Of a stretch of DNA of 64,000 nucleotides, positions 1-11,988 are shown piece by piece. The stretch spans positions 2,464,001 through 2,528,000 of the forward strand of contig CP051526.1 of NCBI GenBank assembly GCA_050916045.1. Direction: 5' to 3'. Numbering within the stretch: position 1 is the stretch's first letter; every line of letters begins with the position of its first letter. The stretch comes from Tepidisphaera sp. (lineage in GTDB: Bacteria; Planctomycetota; Phycisphaerae; Phycisphaerales; UBA1924). The notes below the pieces were generated by a model. It was not told the origin of the DNA. It saw nothing but the letters and a program-made list of their open reading frames with translations, and did no database searches. The position numbers and the translations under genes are program-made.

Positions 1-1
1 T

Positions 2-622
2 TTGCCGACGGATGCGGAGACGGTCGCGAGCCGCCCGGCGTGGGCTTCGGTGGTTGTCGGAGACTGGCGGGGGAAGGTTCCGGCATCGCCGGTGGCGGCG
101 GGCGTGGTGCCGCCGGGCCTGTTCCTGGGGCCGATGTCGCCGGATCTTTCGAAGGATGAGTGGCTGGGTTGGCCGGCGGATGCGTCGCAGGCGGCCGTGC
201 CCCCGGTAGCGGTCACGATCATCCGGGCGCCCTCGCCGAACCCGCGCGAGCGGGCGCACTCGGAAGGGTGGGTGCTTTACGGGGAATCCGCGCCGGGCGT
301 CGAGGGCGTGGTGCGGGTGTGGCTTGGCACGACGACGAGCGGGCGCGAGCCGCTGGTGGTGGTGACCGGAACGCCACTCCCCCCGGGGGCGGATGGCGCG
401 GCTTCGCCGGGGACCAAGCGGACGTTCTCGATCCCGATCCCGGCGGAAGCGGTCACGCGGGGCACGCTGCTGATCGGCGTGGATGCGACGGTGAGTTTGG
501 CAGGACGGGAGTCGCACTGGGCGTGGCCGCGGGCGATGTTCCCCTGGCAGAAAGCTCCGTCGCGAGCGGCTTTGAACCTTTCGGCGTGGGGCGGGGTGGC
601 GGCGCCAACCGGGTCGCGATGA
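2..622 (+). CDS. Hypothetical protein, C-terminal part (5' end outside window)
   Basis: Open frame from the window edge to TGA at 620-622 with host-like codon usage; converges on the next gene. Confidence 0.6.
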   Translation: MPTDAETVASRPAWASVVVGDWRGKVPASPVAAGVVPPGLFLGPMSPDLSKDEWLGWPADASQAAVPPVAVTIIRAPSPNPRERAHSEGWVLYGESAPGVEGVVRVWLGTTTSGREPLVVVTGTPLPPGADGAASPGTKRTFSIPIPAEAVTRGTLLIGVDATVSLAGRESHWAWPRAMFPWQKAPSRAALNLSAWGGVAAPTGSR

Positions 623-625
623 CGG

Positions 626-2638
626 TCAGGTCACGCGGCTTCGAAGGCCGTAGAGGATCCATTCCAGCACGAGCAGGGTGCCCGCGATGAGCACCAGCAG
701 AGGCCAGATCTCGCGCGGGCCGGCGTCGGACTGGGCGGTCGCGGCGGCACGGCCGGCGACCTCGATGCTATCGCGAGTTGCGATGGTGGATTCACGCTCA
801 TCGGCGAGGTTGACGGCGACCACGCCGGGTGTTGCTCCGGTGGTGTAGACGCCGGCGCGGTCGAGCGGGCCGACCACCACGCGGGGGGAAGCGGGCGGGA
901 ACGTCACGGGGATGGTGACCGGGCCTTCGAGACGAGCGGTCGTCGAGCCGGCGAGAGCCATGAGTTCGAACCGTGAGCCCGTGGAGAAGCTCACCGCGGC
1001 GGATTCGGCGTTGCGGCCGGTGAGGAACTCCACGGCGGAAGAGAGGAAGATCGCAAACCCGGGCTCGAGAGCCCAGTTGGTCTGCCCGACCTCGAACGAC
1101 AGGGCGAGTCGGCGCACGCCGGAATCCTCGGAGACGCGGATCAGCGGCCCGTTTGCGCCGCGAGCGAGTTCGTCGAGCTTGACGGCGCTGGCGGCGTCCT
1201 GCGGGATCTCCGTGAACCGGCGGGAGAGGCCGATGTAGACCGTGTCGAGGGAGACATCGCGAAGGACGGGGTGGGCTCGCTTCCAGGAAAGGGCGTAGCC
1301 GGTCGCTTCGGCGGCGGCGGGCCCGAGCGAGAGACCGGCGCTGGGGAGGGATGAAGCGATGGCGAGCGTCGGAACGGCGGGGAGCACGGAAAGGTCGGTG
1401 CGGTCCAGAACGAAGAGGTCAAAGCCGAGCGCGCGGCCGTCCGCGAGCATCTGCAGCATCGTCGAGGGCGTCACGGTCTCGAGGCGTTCGAGGGGGAGTT
1501 CCTCCAGCACGTCCTTGAGGAGGCCCTGGGCGGTCAGGCCTTCGGCTTGCGGAGTGCCGACGCCGGGGGTGACGAAAAGGACCGAGGGGCGGAGTGCGGC
1601 GGCGACGACGACGGAAGCCATGTCGTCCGGTTGGAGGAGGTCGCCGGAGACGCCCTCGACGGAGAGGGTCACGATGCCGGCTTGGGGTTTGAAGGCTTCG
1701 AAGGTGACGCCGAGTGAGCCGGCTTCCTGATCGGAAGCGGGCGGGATGGTGACGGCGCGGCGGTCGACGACCTCGCCGCTGAAAGCGAGCGTAAGAGACG
1801 CGGAGGCGGGGAGCGAGGAAGCGTTGACGAGGCGGCCGAAGACGCGGAGCGTCGACGGGCTTGCATCATCGCGGCGGGCGGCGAGAGCGGCGACGCCGAC
1901 GTTGACCGGACGCGGCTGCGTCGCGGGCGGTCCGCAGCGGACGAAGCGAATCTCTGCGCCGCCGGCGGAGAGGGGGCGGTCGGAAGGGAAGCCGCCGTCG
2001 CTCAGGATGATCACGACGGTGCCGTCGGCGGCGGTCTCTTCCGCGCCTTCCGGGCTCACGAGTGAAGCGACGACCTTCATGGCGGCGTCGAGGTCGCCGG
2101 GCTGGTCGGTGCCGCGGACGGTCGCGACCTCATCGCGGACGAGGCGGAGATCGGGCGTGAGGCCGATCAGCACGGCGGGCTCGGCGGCGAAGGTGATGCA
2201 GCCGACGGCGACCCCGCCGACGCCACGGGAGAGGTCGGCGATGATGTCGGCGGCTTCGCGTTTGGCCCGTTCGAGGCGGGTGATGGGGTCTTCGCCGGGT
2301 TCTCCGCCGTCGCGGGCTTGCATGGAAGCGGAGCGATCGATGACGAGGACGACGCGGGAGGCGGCGCCGAGAGCGCCGGTGTTCATGGCGGGGCGGCCGA
2401 GAGCGGCGATGAAGAGCAGCACGATGAGGGCGTGCAGGAAGAAGAGGACAGTGGGCGTGATCCACTTGAGCGGGGTGTTGACCTCGAGGTCGCGGGCGGC
2501 GTCTTCCCAAAGGACGGTCGAGCTCACGCGGACCGGGCGTCGACGCAGGCGGAGCAGGTAGAGCAGGAGGAGCGCGGGGAGCGCGAGCGCCGCCGCGACC
2601 GCCGCCGTTCCGGGAGCAAGAAAGGTGGGAAAGGACAC
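626..2638 (-). CDS. BatA-domain / von Willebrand factor A membrane protein
   Basis: N-terminal BatA-like LLLLYLLRLRRRPVRVSS..LW, vWA MIDAS motif VIDRSASM...LSDG, C-terminal TM ending LEW. Confidence 0.85.
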   Translation of the reverse strand: MSFPTFLAPGTAAVAAALALPALLLLYLLRLRRRPVRVSSTVLWEDAARDLEVNTPLKWITPTVLFFLHALIVLLFIAALGRPAMNTGALGAASRVVLVIDRSASMQARDGGEPGEDPITRLERAKREAADIIADLSRGVGGVAVGCITFAAEPAVLIGLTPDLRLVRDEVATVRGTDQPGDLDAAMKVVASLVSPEGAEETAADGTVVIILSDGGFPSDRPLSAGGAEIRFVRCGPPATQPRPVNVGVAALAARRDDASPSTLRVFGRLVNASSLPASASLTLAFSGEVVDRRAVTIPPASDQEAGSLGVTFEAFKPQAGIVTLSVEGVSGDLLQPDDMASVVVAAALRPSVLFVTPGVGTPQAEGLTAQGLLKDVLEELPLERLETVTPSTMLQMLADGRALGFDLFVLDRTDLSVLPAVPTLAIASSLPSAGLSLGPAAAEATGYALSWKRAHPVLRDVSLDTVYIGLSRRFTEIPQDAASAVKLDELARGANGPLIRVSEDSGVRRLALSFEVGQTNWALEPGFAIFLSSAVEFLTGRNAESAAVSFSTGSRFELMALAGSTTARLEGPVTIPVTFPPASPRVVVGPLDRAGVYTTGATPGVVAVNLADERESTIATRDSIEVAGRAAATAQSDAGPREIWPLLVLIAGTLLVLEWILYGLRSRVT

Positions 2639-2665
2639 GTCCGAGGGTACGACCGCCGGCGGGGG

Positions 2666-4180
2666 TCAGTAGGACTTGACGACGCGGGCACCGGGATAGA
2701 AGAGGCTCAGCATCGCTTCGGCGGTCTCGCCCCGTTCGGCGAACCCCTTGGCGCAGTACTGGCAGAGGCCCACGCCGTGGCCGAAGCCGCGTCCGCGGAT
2801 GCGGATCTCGCCTGAGGCGGCAGGGGACCCCGGCGAGGTGATGATGAACTCAAGGTCGTTGCTTCGCACGTGCTCGGGACCGCTGCGGATATCCGGCAGG
2901 GGGAGCACGGCCGGGGAGCCGGGCACGCCGGGGTCGCCCTCGTTGCAGGCGACGCGCATTTCTTCCGCGCCGAGACGGAAGGTCTGGTTGCGGACATCGG
3001 TGATCAGGTAGCCGTTGGGCTTACCGGCGGCGTTGCGTTCGGTTGGGACGATGGACTTGATGCGATCGAGGGTCGCCATGCGCTTGCCGGCTTCGCGGGC
3101 CCAGGCGCGGATCCTGCGGGCGAGTTCGTCGTTCCGGCGGACAACTTCCCATGTGTAGACGGGGGCGCGTTCGCAAGCATGATCGCGCGGGGGCCCTTGC
3201 AGGGGGGCGGCCCGGTTGAATTCAAAGCCGCTCGTGGTGGGCCAGATCGCCGCCGCCGTCGCCGGACGGCCGCCGCAGCAGCTTGAGTAGTACGCTCGGA
3301 GCACACCGGTGGCGTCGTCGACGAGCATCATGCCGCGGGTGGCCTTGGCGGCTTCGATGGCGACCAAGCGGGTGGCGAGACCGCCGTAGGCCTGGTCGAG
3401 GGTTGAGCTTTCGACGTCGTAGGGTCGGCTCGAGGCGCGGGCGCGGGCGCGTTCGTGGGCGGCGTAGGAGCGGGCGGCGATGGCCTGGGCCTGATAGGCC
3501 TGCTTGGGCCAGCCGTCGTAGAGCTCTTTCTGGAGGACGCCGGCGATGTAGGTTTCCATCGCGAGGGTGGAGATGAGGTCGAAGGCTTTGGCGGTTTCGC
3601 GCCAGCGGCCGCGGACGGTGAGTTTGCCCGGGTAGCGGGTGCCGTCGACGGCCATGGTGGCGCGGTCGGGGTCGGGGAGTTCGGCTTGGATCTCAAGGTC
3701 GACGGCGAACCCCCAGTCGCGGACGCTCTGAGAGCCGTCCTTGGTGGAGATCCCGCTTGCGCCCATGGTGATGGTGACGGGGGCGCGGAGAACGACGGGA
3801 GCGGCGGTCGTTCCCAAGGGGCGGACGGCGACGAGGCCGGGCGCGGTGATCGCGGCGGAAGCGGCGCGGGTGCGGATGCGGACGCGGACGTCCGGTTCGG
3901 CGGAAGCGAGGCCGAAATGCGGGCTTGGCACCGGGCGGAGGGGCTGACGGCCGGCTCGCGGCTCCTCGCTGGTCTGGCAGGAGAGCACGGAGACGACGGC
4001 GCCCATGGCGACCAGGGCGAGCACGAACAGGCCGGAAGCGCGGCGGCGGATGGTGAGATCGGCGGCGATGGACTCGGCGGCGGACCTGCGGGACCGGGGC
4101 TTGCGGGGAGGCTGCCACGCGGCGAGAACACCACGCCCCCACCACGCGAGCTTGCTCCACCCTGAAGGCTTCCGTGCCAT
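2666..4180 (-). CDS. SpoIID/LytB domain protein (lytic transglycosylase-like)
   Basis: YIAGVLQKE, QAQAIAARSYA, DQAYGG, AYYSSCCGG, GRGFGHGVGLCQY, FYPG motifs; start set to ATG 4180. Confidence 0.9.
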   Translation of the reverse strand: MARKPSGWSKLAWWGRGVLAAWQPPRKPRSRRSAAESIAADLTIRRRASGLFVLALVAMGAVVSVLSCQTSEEPRAGRQPLRPVPSPHFGLASAEPDVRVRIRTRAASAAITAPGLVAVRPLGTTAAPVVLRAPVTITMGASGISTKDGSQSVRDWGFAVDLEIQAELPDPDRATMAVDGTRYPGKLTVRGRWRETAKAFDLISTLAMETYIAGVLQKELYDGWPKQAYQAQAIAARSYAAHERARARASSRPYDVESSTLDQAYGGLATRLVAIEAAKATRGMMLVDDATGVLRAYYSSCCGGRPATAAAIWPTTSGFEFNRAAPLQGPPRDHACERAPVYTWEVVRRNDELARRIRAWAREAGKRMATLDRIKSIVPTERNAAGKPNGYLITDVRNQTFRLGAEEMRVACNEGDPGVPGSPAVLPLPDIRSGPEHVRSNDLEFIITSPGSPAASGEIRIRGRGFGHGVGLCQYCAKGFAERGETAEAMLSLFYPGARVVKSY

Positions 4181-4271
4181 GCTGACCGCTCCTGCCCCGT
4201 GACGACCGTTCCCGACTAGCATACCCCAGGCCGCGACCAGGAAGCGTCGCGGAGTTCGCTTGGAGCATGCC

Positions 4272-4685
4272 ATGATCTTGCGCCGCGCCCTTTCTATCGT
4301 CCCCTGCCTGCTTGCGGCAGTCGCTTTTCTCACGATTCCTGCGTGCGGTTCGCGGCCGGTGCCCGAAGCGTCGGAAGCGGCGTACTCGGGGCCCCCGATC
4401 ACGCTTGATTCGACCGGAGCGCAGCACATCGTCGTGCTGGAAGCGCCGATGGGCGGCTACTCGCTGATGATCGACCGCGTGCAGGAGCGAGCGGGTTTCC
4501 AGGACATCTTCGTGACGGTCCGTGAGCCTGACCCGCGGTTTCTGCACACGCAGGCGGTGACGCGGCTTCGGGCGCTCTCGCCGCTGGCGTCGTCGGCCGC
4601 GGTGCGTGTGTGCGCACGGGTGCTCGCGGCGGATGAGGATCCGGACAGCCTTGAATACCCGATCGCGATTGACGCGCGGAGATGA
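4272..4685 (+). CDS. Hypothetical lipoprotein
   Basis: Signal peptide with lipobox-like IPAC; divergent from the SpoIID gene. Confidence 0.6.
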   Translation: MILRRALSIVPCLLAAVAFLTIPACGSRPVPEASEAAYSGPPITLDSTGAQHIVVLEAPMGGYSLMIDRVQERAGFQDIFVTVREPDPRFLHTQAVTRLRALSPLASSAAVRVCARVLAADEDPDSLEYPIAIDARR

Positions 4686-4721
4686 GTGTGCTGCGGGGGT
4701 GAACGCGTCGCGGCGGCGGGT

Positions 4722-6431
4722 TTACTCGAACTTCTCGCCCGTGAACCGGATCCCGAACCCGTAGAGGTCGGCGATCTCGGAGGAGGACTTCTTCTCGAGG
4801 TTCGAGATGCGCCCGATGATCGACTTGGGGTCGTCGGACGCGAGCTTGCCGAGGGTCTCGAACTTGTGAGCGAGGATGTCCTTGAGGTTCGCGCGATAGT
4901 CGTGCGGGGCGAGGTGGTTGCGGGCGTGGCCGCCGGGGTACATGATGAATCCGGAATCGTGCGCGACGCCCGAGTCGTCCGTGATCACCATCGAGGTCGG
5001 GATGCCGTCGGGGTACTTGGCGTCGTAGTCGTCGCCGCCGTGCTCGAAGGACATTTTGTCCATCAGGCGGCGTGTGAGCGGGTCGTGCAGGGCTTTGTCG
5101 GTGAAGTCGTGCGGGACGAGCATGAGCTCTTTCCAGCCCAGGGTGCCCTTGGTGGCCTGGCGGAGTTCGAGGGCTTTGCGGAGCATCGTGCAGACGAGGA
5201 AGAGCATGGAGTGGTCGGCGGACTGACGCGTCTTGGGGTCGCGCTTGGCCGGGTCGCCGATGATGCCGAAGGCGGGCTCGTAGGCTCGGACCTTCATGGC
5301 GGCGATGGCGTCGCCGGTCTGGTCTTCGAGGAGATGGGGCTTGGCGTTGATGAGGTTGATGAGGGCCTGGAGCGCGCCGGCGGACTGGTGCTCGTAGAGG
5401 CCGAGTTTGAAGTGCATGCCCATGACGGCGAAGTCGTCGCCGGCGCGACCGAGGACGAGGTCGAAGGGGCTGGCGTAGACCTTGCCCTTGGCTTCACCCT
5501 TGGCTTCGGGGATGCCGGTGCCCATGGAGTGGGTCTTGGTGAAGAGCTGTCCGGGGCCTTCGAAGAGGCGGAAGACGGCTTCGGGGTTGCGGAAGATGTC
5601 TCGCGGGCCAAGGAAACCGGCCATGGAGCGTTTGACGGCCATGATGGCGGCTTCGGTGGAGATGGCGGCGGAGGCGCCCTTGGAATCGGAGAGCTGCTTG
5701 CCGGCGCGGATGGCGCGGAAGGGGATGTAGTGAGCGACGACCATGCCGATGGCGGATTCGATCTGCTCGGCGGTGGCGCCCATCATCGCGCCGAAGGTCG
5801 CGGCGGAGCCGATCGCGCCGTGGAGGACGTGGTCGATCTTGTAGCTCTTGAGGGAGAAGACCTCGGCGAGGCGGCCGCGGATCTCATCGAGCAGGATCAT
5901 GCCCTTGAGCGCGAAATCGCCGCCCTTGCCGCGAAGCTGGGCCGCGGCGGTCGCGACGGAGTAGAAGTCATTGTGGCCGAACTCGCCCGCGGTGTGGCCG
6001 AGCTGGGGGTTAAAGCCGAAGTTGGTCCCGTTCGTGTCCCACTCGCGGACCGCGGAGCAGTTGGCGACCATCGCTTTCTCGACCGCGACGTTGACGGAAG
6101 AGCCGAAGACCGGCACGCCGGTGCGGACCGCGCCCCTGGCCCACGGAACGCCCGCGAGCGAGCCGATGCCCGAGGCGCCGGTGCGGTACTCGGCGAGTGC
6201 TTCATTGCGGAGCAGGTTCGGGGCGTTGGTGCCGACGGCGAGGGCGGAGATGCCCGCGATGACGGCGTCGGTGTGGAAGAGGTTGGTCTTCTCCATGACC
6301 GCCGAAGAGGGCTCGCCGCGCTTGCCCGGGGTGGTGGACATGAAGTCGATGGCGTACTGGGCGATCCCGAGCGCCTGGTTGGTGTCGGCGGGGAGGTGGA
6401 CGTGGGTTTCTTTGTTGATCGAGATGGTCAC
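4722..6431 (-). CDS. MmgE/PrpD family protein (2-methylcitrate dehydratase-like)
   Basis: VREWDTN, EFGHNDF, IRAGKQLSDSKG, EHQS and SADHSM motifs typical of PrpD. Confidence 0.85.
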   Translation of the reverse strand: MTISINKETHVHLPADTNQALGIAQYAIDFMSTTPGKRGEPSSAVMEKTNLFHTDAVIAGISALAVGTNAPNLLRNEALAEYRTGASGIGSLAGVPWARGAVRTGVPVFGSSVNVAVEKAMVANCSAVREWDTNGTNFGFNPQLGHTAGEFGHNDFYSVATAAAQLRGKGGDFALKGMILLDEIRGRLAEVFSLKSYKIDHVLHGAIGSAATFGAMMGATAEQIESAIGMVVAHYIPFRAIRAGKQLSDSKGASAAISTEAAIMAVKRSMAGFLGPRDIFRNPEAVFRLFEGPGQLFTKTHSMGTGIPEAKGEAKGKVYASPFDLVLGRAGDDFAVMGMHFKLGLYEHQSAGALQALINLINAKPHLLEDQTGDAIAAMKVRAYEPAFGIIGDPAKRDPKTRQSADHSMLFLVCTMLRKALELRQATKGTLGWKELMLVPHDFTDKALHDPLTRRLMDKMSFEHGGDDYDAKYPDGIPTSMVITDDSGVAHDSGFIMYPGGHARNHLAPHDYRANLKDILAHKFETLGKLASDDPKSIIGRISNLEKKSSSEIADLYGFGIRFTGEKFE

Positions 6432-6522
6432 GTGCGGACTCCGGAAAGGTGGGCGGAACGGTATCCGATTTCCTGAACTTCGTCGAAGGTTTCTCGGGCG
6501 GAACGTGCGAAAGCGGGCGGGA

Positions 6523-7878
6523 TCAGCGGCCGAGGAACTGCCTCAGACGGACCACCACGTTGGCGGTCTCCATCGTCTCCTGGCGGCCCGTCGTCAGGTC
6601 CTTGACGCTGCAGGTGGTGCCGGATTCGAGGATGATCGCAAAGCGGGCCCCGACGGAAGCCGCTTCCTGGAGCAGCTTGCCGACGTTTTTGGTCGTTTTG
6701 CCGGACCGGCGGGCGTGCAGGCCCGGGAACTGGCCGACGGTCCGCCTGAGCGCGGCGAGTACGGCGGGGAGCGCGAGGTCGGACTCGGGGGCACCGTTGC
6801 TGATGATGAAAGCGTCGGGCCGCAGGCCGGCTCGCTCGGCGAGCGCCTCGTCCGAGGGCATCAGGCCGTGGTCGCTCAGGACCAGCGAAAGCACGACGTC
6901 CCCCATGCCGAACCCGACCGCGGGGGTCGACGGACCGCCGAAGAGCTCGACGAGGTGGTCGTAGCGGCCGCCGCCGGCGATCGCACGCTCGGAGCCGGTG
7001 TTCTCGTGCACCTCGAAGACCATGCCGGTGTAGTACGCCAAGCCGCGGACGACGCGCAGGTCCAGAGGCGGCTGGCACCATTCGAGAAGGCCCATCCGCT
7101 GGAGGATGGTGAGCATCTCGCGGTGGCGTTCGATGGTGTCGAGCTTGATGCCGAAGGCTTCCGCGGAGAACTCGGAAGGGTCCTTGATCTCGCGGACGCG
7201 GATCAGCAGCGCGTTGAAAGCCTCTCGGACGTGCAGGGGAATGCCGCGATGCACGCAGAAGTCGGTGTTCTCCTGTTCGGAGCGTTTGGCTTCTCCGTCG
7301 AGGTAGGCGTACCAGCCGTCGAGGCGGTCGGCGGGGAGGCCGCAGTGCAGCGAGAGATCGCGGATGAGGTCGCGGTTGCTGGTGCGGACGCGGACGTGCT
7401 CAGGCGTGAGGCCGAGCTGTTCGAGGAGGCCGATGCATGCGGCGATGCACTCGGCGTCGGCTTGGGGCGAGGGGTCGCCGAGAATGTCGCAGTTCCACTG
7501 GAGGAACTCGCGAAGGCGGCCGCGCTGGGGGCGTTCGGCGCGAAACATTGGCCCGGCCATGAACCAGCGGGTCGGCTTGGGGAGGCTGCCGGCGCGGGCG
7601 GCGTAGAGGCGGGCGAGGGTCGGGGTGAACTCGGGCCTGAGGGCGAAGGTTTTTTCGCCGCCGAAGCGTTGGAAGGAGAAAAGCTCCGAGACGATCCCCT
7701 CGCCGGACTTGACGGTGTAGGTCTCGAGGTGTTCGAAGGTCGGGCCATCGATTTCCTCAAAGCCGTGGCGGATGGAGGCTGAGCGCCAGGCTTCCATGAT
7801 GTACCGCCGCCGGTTTGCGAGGGCGGGGTAGAAGTCGCGGGTGCCGGTGGGAGCTTGGAATGAGCTTGGAGAAGCCAT
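6523..7878 (-). CDS. hisS: Histidine--tRNA ligase
   Basis: GTRDF, LRPEFT, FRAERPQRGRLREF, VRGLAYYTG, GGGRYD motifs. Confidence 0.97.
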   Translation of the reverse strand: MASPSSFQAPTGTRDFYPALANRRRYIMEAWRSASIRHGFEEIDGPTFEHLETYTVKSGEGIVSELFSFQRFGGEKTFALRPEFTPTLARLYAARAGSLPKPTRWFMAGPMFRAERPQRGRLREFLQWNCDILGDPSPQADAECIAACIGLLEQLGLTPEHVRVRTSNRDLIRDLSLHCGLPADRLDGWYAYLDGEAKRSEQENTDFCVHRGIPLHVREAFNALLIRVREIKDPSEFSAEAFGIKLDTIERHREMLTILQRMGLLEWCQPPLDLRVVRGLAYYTGMVFEVHENTGSERAIAGGGRYDHLVELFGGPSTPAVGFGMGDVVLSLVLSDHGLMPSDEALAERAGLRPDAFIISNGAPESDLALPAVLAALRRTVGQFPGLHARRSGKTTKNVGKLLQEAASVGARFAIILESGTTCSVKDLTTGRQETMETANVVVRLRQFLGR

Positions 7879-7908
7879 GGACCCACAGGTTAGGTCGGCG
7901 CGGCGGCA

Positions 7909-9102
7909 TCAGCAGGCGGTTTCGAACGCGACCACGAAGTCCGCGTAATCGAAGAAGTCGACGAAACCGTCCCCGTTGGCATCCGCAGTCCGGCCGGGGG
8001 GGCACGTGGAGGTCTCAAAGCACGTTACGTAGTCGGCATAGTCGAAGAAATCGACGAAACCATCCCCGTTAAAGTCCGCGACGCAGTCTCGAACAAGCGC
8101 GCGAGACCAGATCACCGCGCGGGAGCGGCCTGTCGCGACATCCGTCGCGTAGCCCCCGACGTAAAGCGTCGTCGCGTCCGACCAGACGCACGTGGCTTCG
8201 GAGTCGTTGGCCAAGCTTGGCGGCAAGTACAGCGAGAGGTTCTCGTACGTATCGGCAGATCCCCGCCACAAGGCCGCGGTCCTCACGATCGGATAGAAGA
8301 CATACCCGACCTGCACGCCGTTGTACACCGCGGCCACACTCGAGCTGCGAGCTTCACCGGGTGGGTGCAGATTGACCCAGCTCTGAGCGCTGCCGCGCCA
8401 AAGCGAAGCCAGCAAATCGCCGATTTGGGCCCACCCGACCTGTTGGTCGCCGTGGATGCCGGTGGCGACCGATTGTCTTGCGTCAGCCGGATTCAGATCG
8501 ATGCGTGATGCCGCCGACCCAGACCACAGGCTCGCACGCGAAACTCGACCGCCCAGAACGACGTAACCAACCTGGCGACCTTCGTGCACGCCGAAAGCGA
8601 CCGATTCGGTCGCGGCGACGGGAGCGAGGTTGACGACGGACGCCGCATTTCCGCTCCAAACCACAGCGGAGTACGTCGAGCGGCTTGCATCCAGCCGGAT
8701 CGTACCCACCTGTTGGGTCGCGCTCATGCCGAAGATCTTGCCCGAGCCTGATCCCGCCGGATTCAAGACTGTCCGCGCACGCGTCGTGGCGTTCCAGAGG
8801 CTCGCTTCGTCACGGCCGGAAGTCCGCACGTAGCCTCCCAATCGACCGCTGGCCACGCAGTGAACCTCACCCAGGCCAACCCCCCGCGTCAGATTCACCC
8901 AGGAATCCACCGACCCTCGCCACAGGCCTCCGGCGTTGAAGCCGCTATCGGATACGTTCCCGGTTTGCAGACCGGGCTCCCCGCCGGTCAAGGCTGAGGA
9001 CCTAATGTCGCCGTCGTTCGGGTGGAGAACCGTGACCGTCCATTGAGCGGACGCGGACGAAGCGACAACGAGCGAAACTCCGGCGAAGAACCCTGGTCGC
9101 AT
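7909..9102 (-). CDS. Secreted repeat protein (AxLWxG repeats) with C-terminal GC-type dockerin domain
   Basis: Signal peptide ..SASAQ, ~43-aa repeats with QVG and ASLWxG, tail CVADFNGDGFVDFFDY...ADANGDGFVDFFDY..FETAC. Confidence 0.8.
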   Translation of the reverse strand: MRPGFFAGVSLVVASSASAQWTVTVLHPNDGDIRSSALTGGEPGLQTGNVSDSGFNAGGLWRGSVDSWVNLTRGVGLGEVHCVASGRLGGYVRTSGRDEASLWNATTRARTVLNPAGSGSGKIFGMSATQQVGTIRLDASRSTYSAVVWSGNAASVVNLAPVAATESVAFGVHEGRQVGYVVLGGRVSRASLWSGSAASRIDLNPADARQSVATGIHGDQQVGWAQIGDLLASLWRGSAQSWVNLHPPGEARSSSVAAVYNGVQVGYVFYPIVRTAALWRGSADTYENLSLYLPPSLANDSEATCVWSDATTLYVGGYATDVATGRSRAVIWSRALVRDCVADFNGDGFVDFFDYADYVTCFETSTCPPGRTADANGDGFVDFFDYADFVVAFETAC

Positions 9103-9286
9103 AAGACCTCCGGGGAGGCATGGTACCGAGTACTGGCGGAATTCGCATTTCGCCGACCGCACCCGTCTTCCTGGAACAGAAACTGGACGCGGCCGGAACG
9201 CCCTGTGGCTCCACATTGGGGAGATTGGGGCCTATCCTTGCCTCCCTACGGCGTTTCATGCCCGTTCGGGAACGATTCGGCTCTGA

Positions 9287-10744
<1,458 letters not shown>

Positions 10745-10750
10745 GGCCCG

Positions 10751-10778
10751 ATTTGAGATTTCAAGTTTGAAATTTCAA
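10751..10778. repeat. Short tandem heptamer repeat (ATTTSAR-like x4)
   Basis: ATTTGAG ATTTCAA GTTTGAA ATTTCAA directly after the atpD stop. Confidence 0.5.
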
Positions 10779-10790
10779 AGTGAAGAAGAA

Positions 10791-10829
10791 CCAACGAACC
10801 CCTCGCGCACGCGGGGGGTTTTTCGTTGG
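10791..10829 (+). terminator. Intrinsic terminator of atpD
   Basis: AACCCCTCGCG-CA-CGCGGGGGGTT stem followed by a T run. Confidence 0.8.
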
Positions 10830-10868
10830 AACGAGGATCACGATATCATCGGGGCGAACGGAGGATTC

Positions 10869-11393
10869 ATGGATTCCAACCCGAGCACCCCTTCCGCCGA
10901 CCAGGTCGTCAAGACCGCACCCATCCTCGTTCTCGGCCTTCTCATGGGTCTGATCTCCTTCGCGGGCCTCGGAGCCTTTATGGGGACGCAGAACCAGCCC
11001 GCGCCCGGCGGGCCACCCACGAACGCGACGGCGCCGGTCGATGACCAGTACCTCCTGCTCGGAATGGGCGTCATGCTTCTCATCGCCGTGCCGGCCCAGT
11101 TCATTCTCGCCAAACTCGCGGTCGGGCGAGCGAAAGCGGCGGCGGAGGAGTTCAAGACCGAGCAGGACAAACGGGGCGCGATCGCCGCCGTCTTCATGGT
11201 GACGACCATCACGCGAGCCGCGTTCGCCGAGGGCGCGGGCCTGCTCGGAGCGATGATCGTCTTTCTGACCGGCAATCTGCTCGGATTGGTCGGCGTCGCG
11301 ATCTCAGCCGTTCTGCTTGTGCTCCTGCTTCCCGCACGCTCGCGGTTTGACCGGTTGTACCACGAAGCCACCGAGACGCGTTTCGGTATGTGA
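10869..11393 (+). CDS. Hypothetical membrane protein (about 4 TM)
   Basis: GGAGG SD before ATG 10869; four hydrophobic segments. Confidence 0.75.
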   Translation: MDSNPSTPSADQVVKTAPILVLGLLMGLISFAGLGAFMGTQNQPAPGGPPTNATAPVDDQYLLLGMGVMLLIAVPAQFILAKLAVGRAKAAAEEFKTEQDKRGAIAAVFMVTTITRAAFAEGAGLLGAMIVFLTGNLLGLVGVAISAVLLVLLLPARSRFDRLYHEATETRFGM

Positions 11394-11406
11394 CGTATCG
11401 TCCGGG

Positions 11407-11988
11407 ATGCTCTCGCTTCACCCCACGCTCCTCGGCAAGCACGTGACGCTTAGGCCTCTGACGATGGACGACGCTCTGGCGTTGCACGCGATCACGCCGC
11501 CCGGGACGTTCCGGTTCTTCCTGAATTGGCCGCTGGGACCCTCTGCTGAGGACTTCGCCGAGTGGATGCAGCGGCGGCTCTTCGCGCCGGACCAGTCGCC
11601 CTTCGCGGTCATCCGCAACGCCGACGGCGCGGTCGTCGGTTCCAGCAGCTACCTCGACATCCAGCCCGCCCACAAGCACGTCGAGATCGGCTGCACGTGG
11701 TACGCGGCCGATGCCCGCGGCACGGCGGTCAACCCGGAGAGCAAGCTCCTGCTGCTCGACCACGCGTTCGGCCAGCTCGGCTGCGAGCGGGTGACACTCA
11801 AGTGCGATGGCCGCAACGAGCACAGCCAGCGGGCGATAGCCAAGCTCGGAGCGACGCGCGAGGGCGTCCTCCGCAAGCACCGCATCCAGCCCGACGGATT
11901 CGTGCGCGACACGGTCTACTTCAGCATCATCGCGAGCGAGTGGCCGAGCGTTCGGCCGGCGGTTCTCGAAAGAGTGGTCGCCCGCTGA
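11407..11988 (+). CDS. GNAT family N-acetyltransferase (RimJ/RimL type)
   Basis: VEIGCTW, RGTAVNPESKLLLLDHAF, NEHSQRAIAKLGA.REG.LR, RDTVYFSI. Confidence 0.92.
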   Translation: MLSLHPTLLGKHVTLRPLTMDDALALHAITPPGTFRFFLNWPLGPSAEDFAEWMQRRLFAPDQSPFAVIRNADGAVVGSSSYLDIQPAHKHVEIGCTWYAADARGTAVNPESKLLLLDHAFGQLGCERVTLKCDGRNEHSQRAIAKLGATREGVLRKHRIQPDGFVRDTVYFSIIASEWPSVRPAVLERVVAR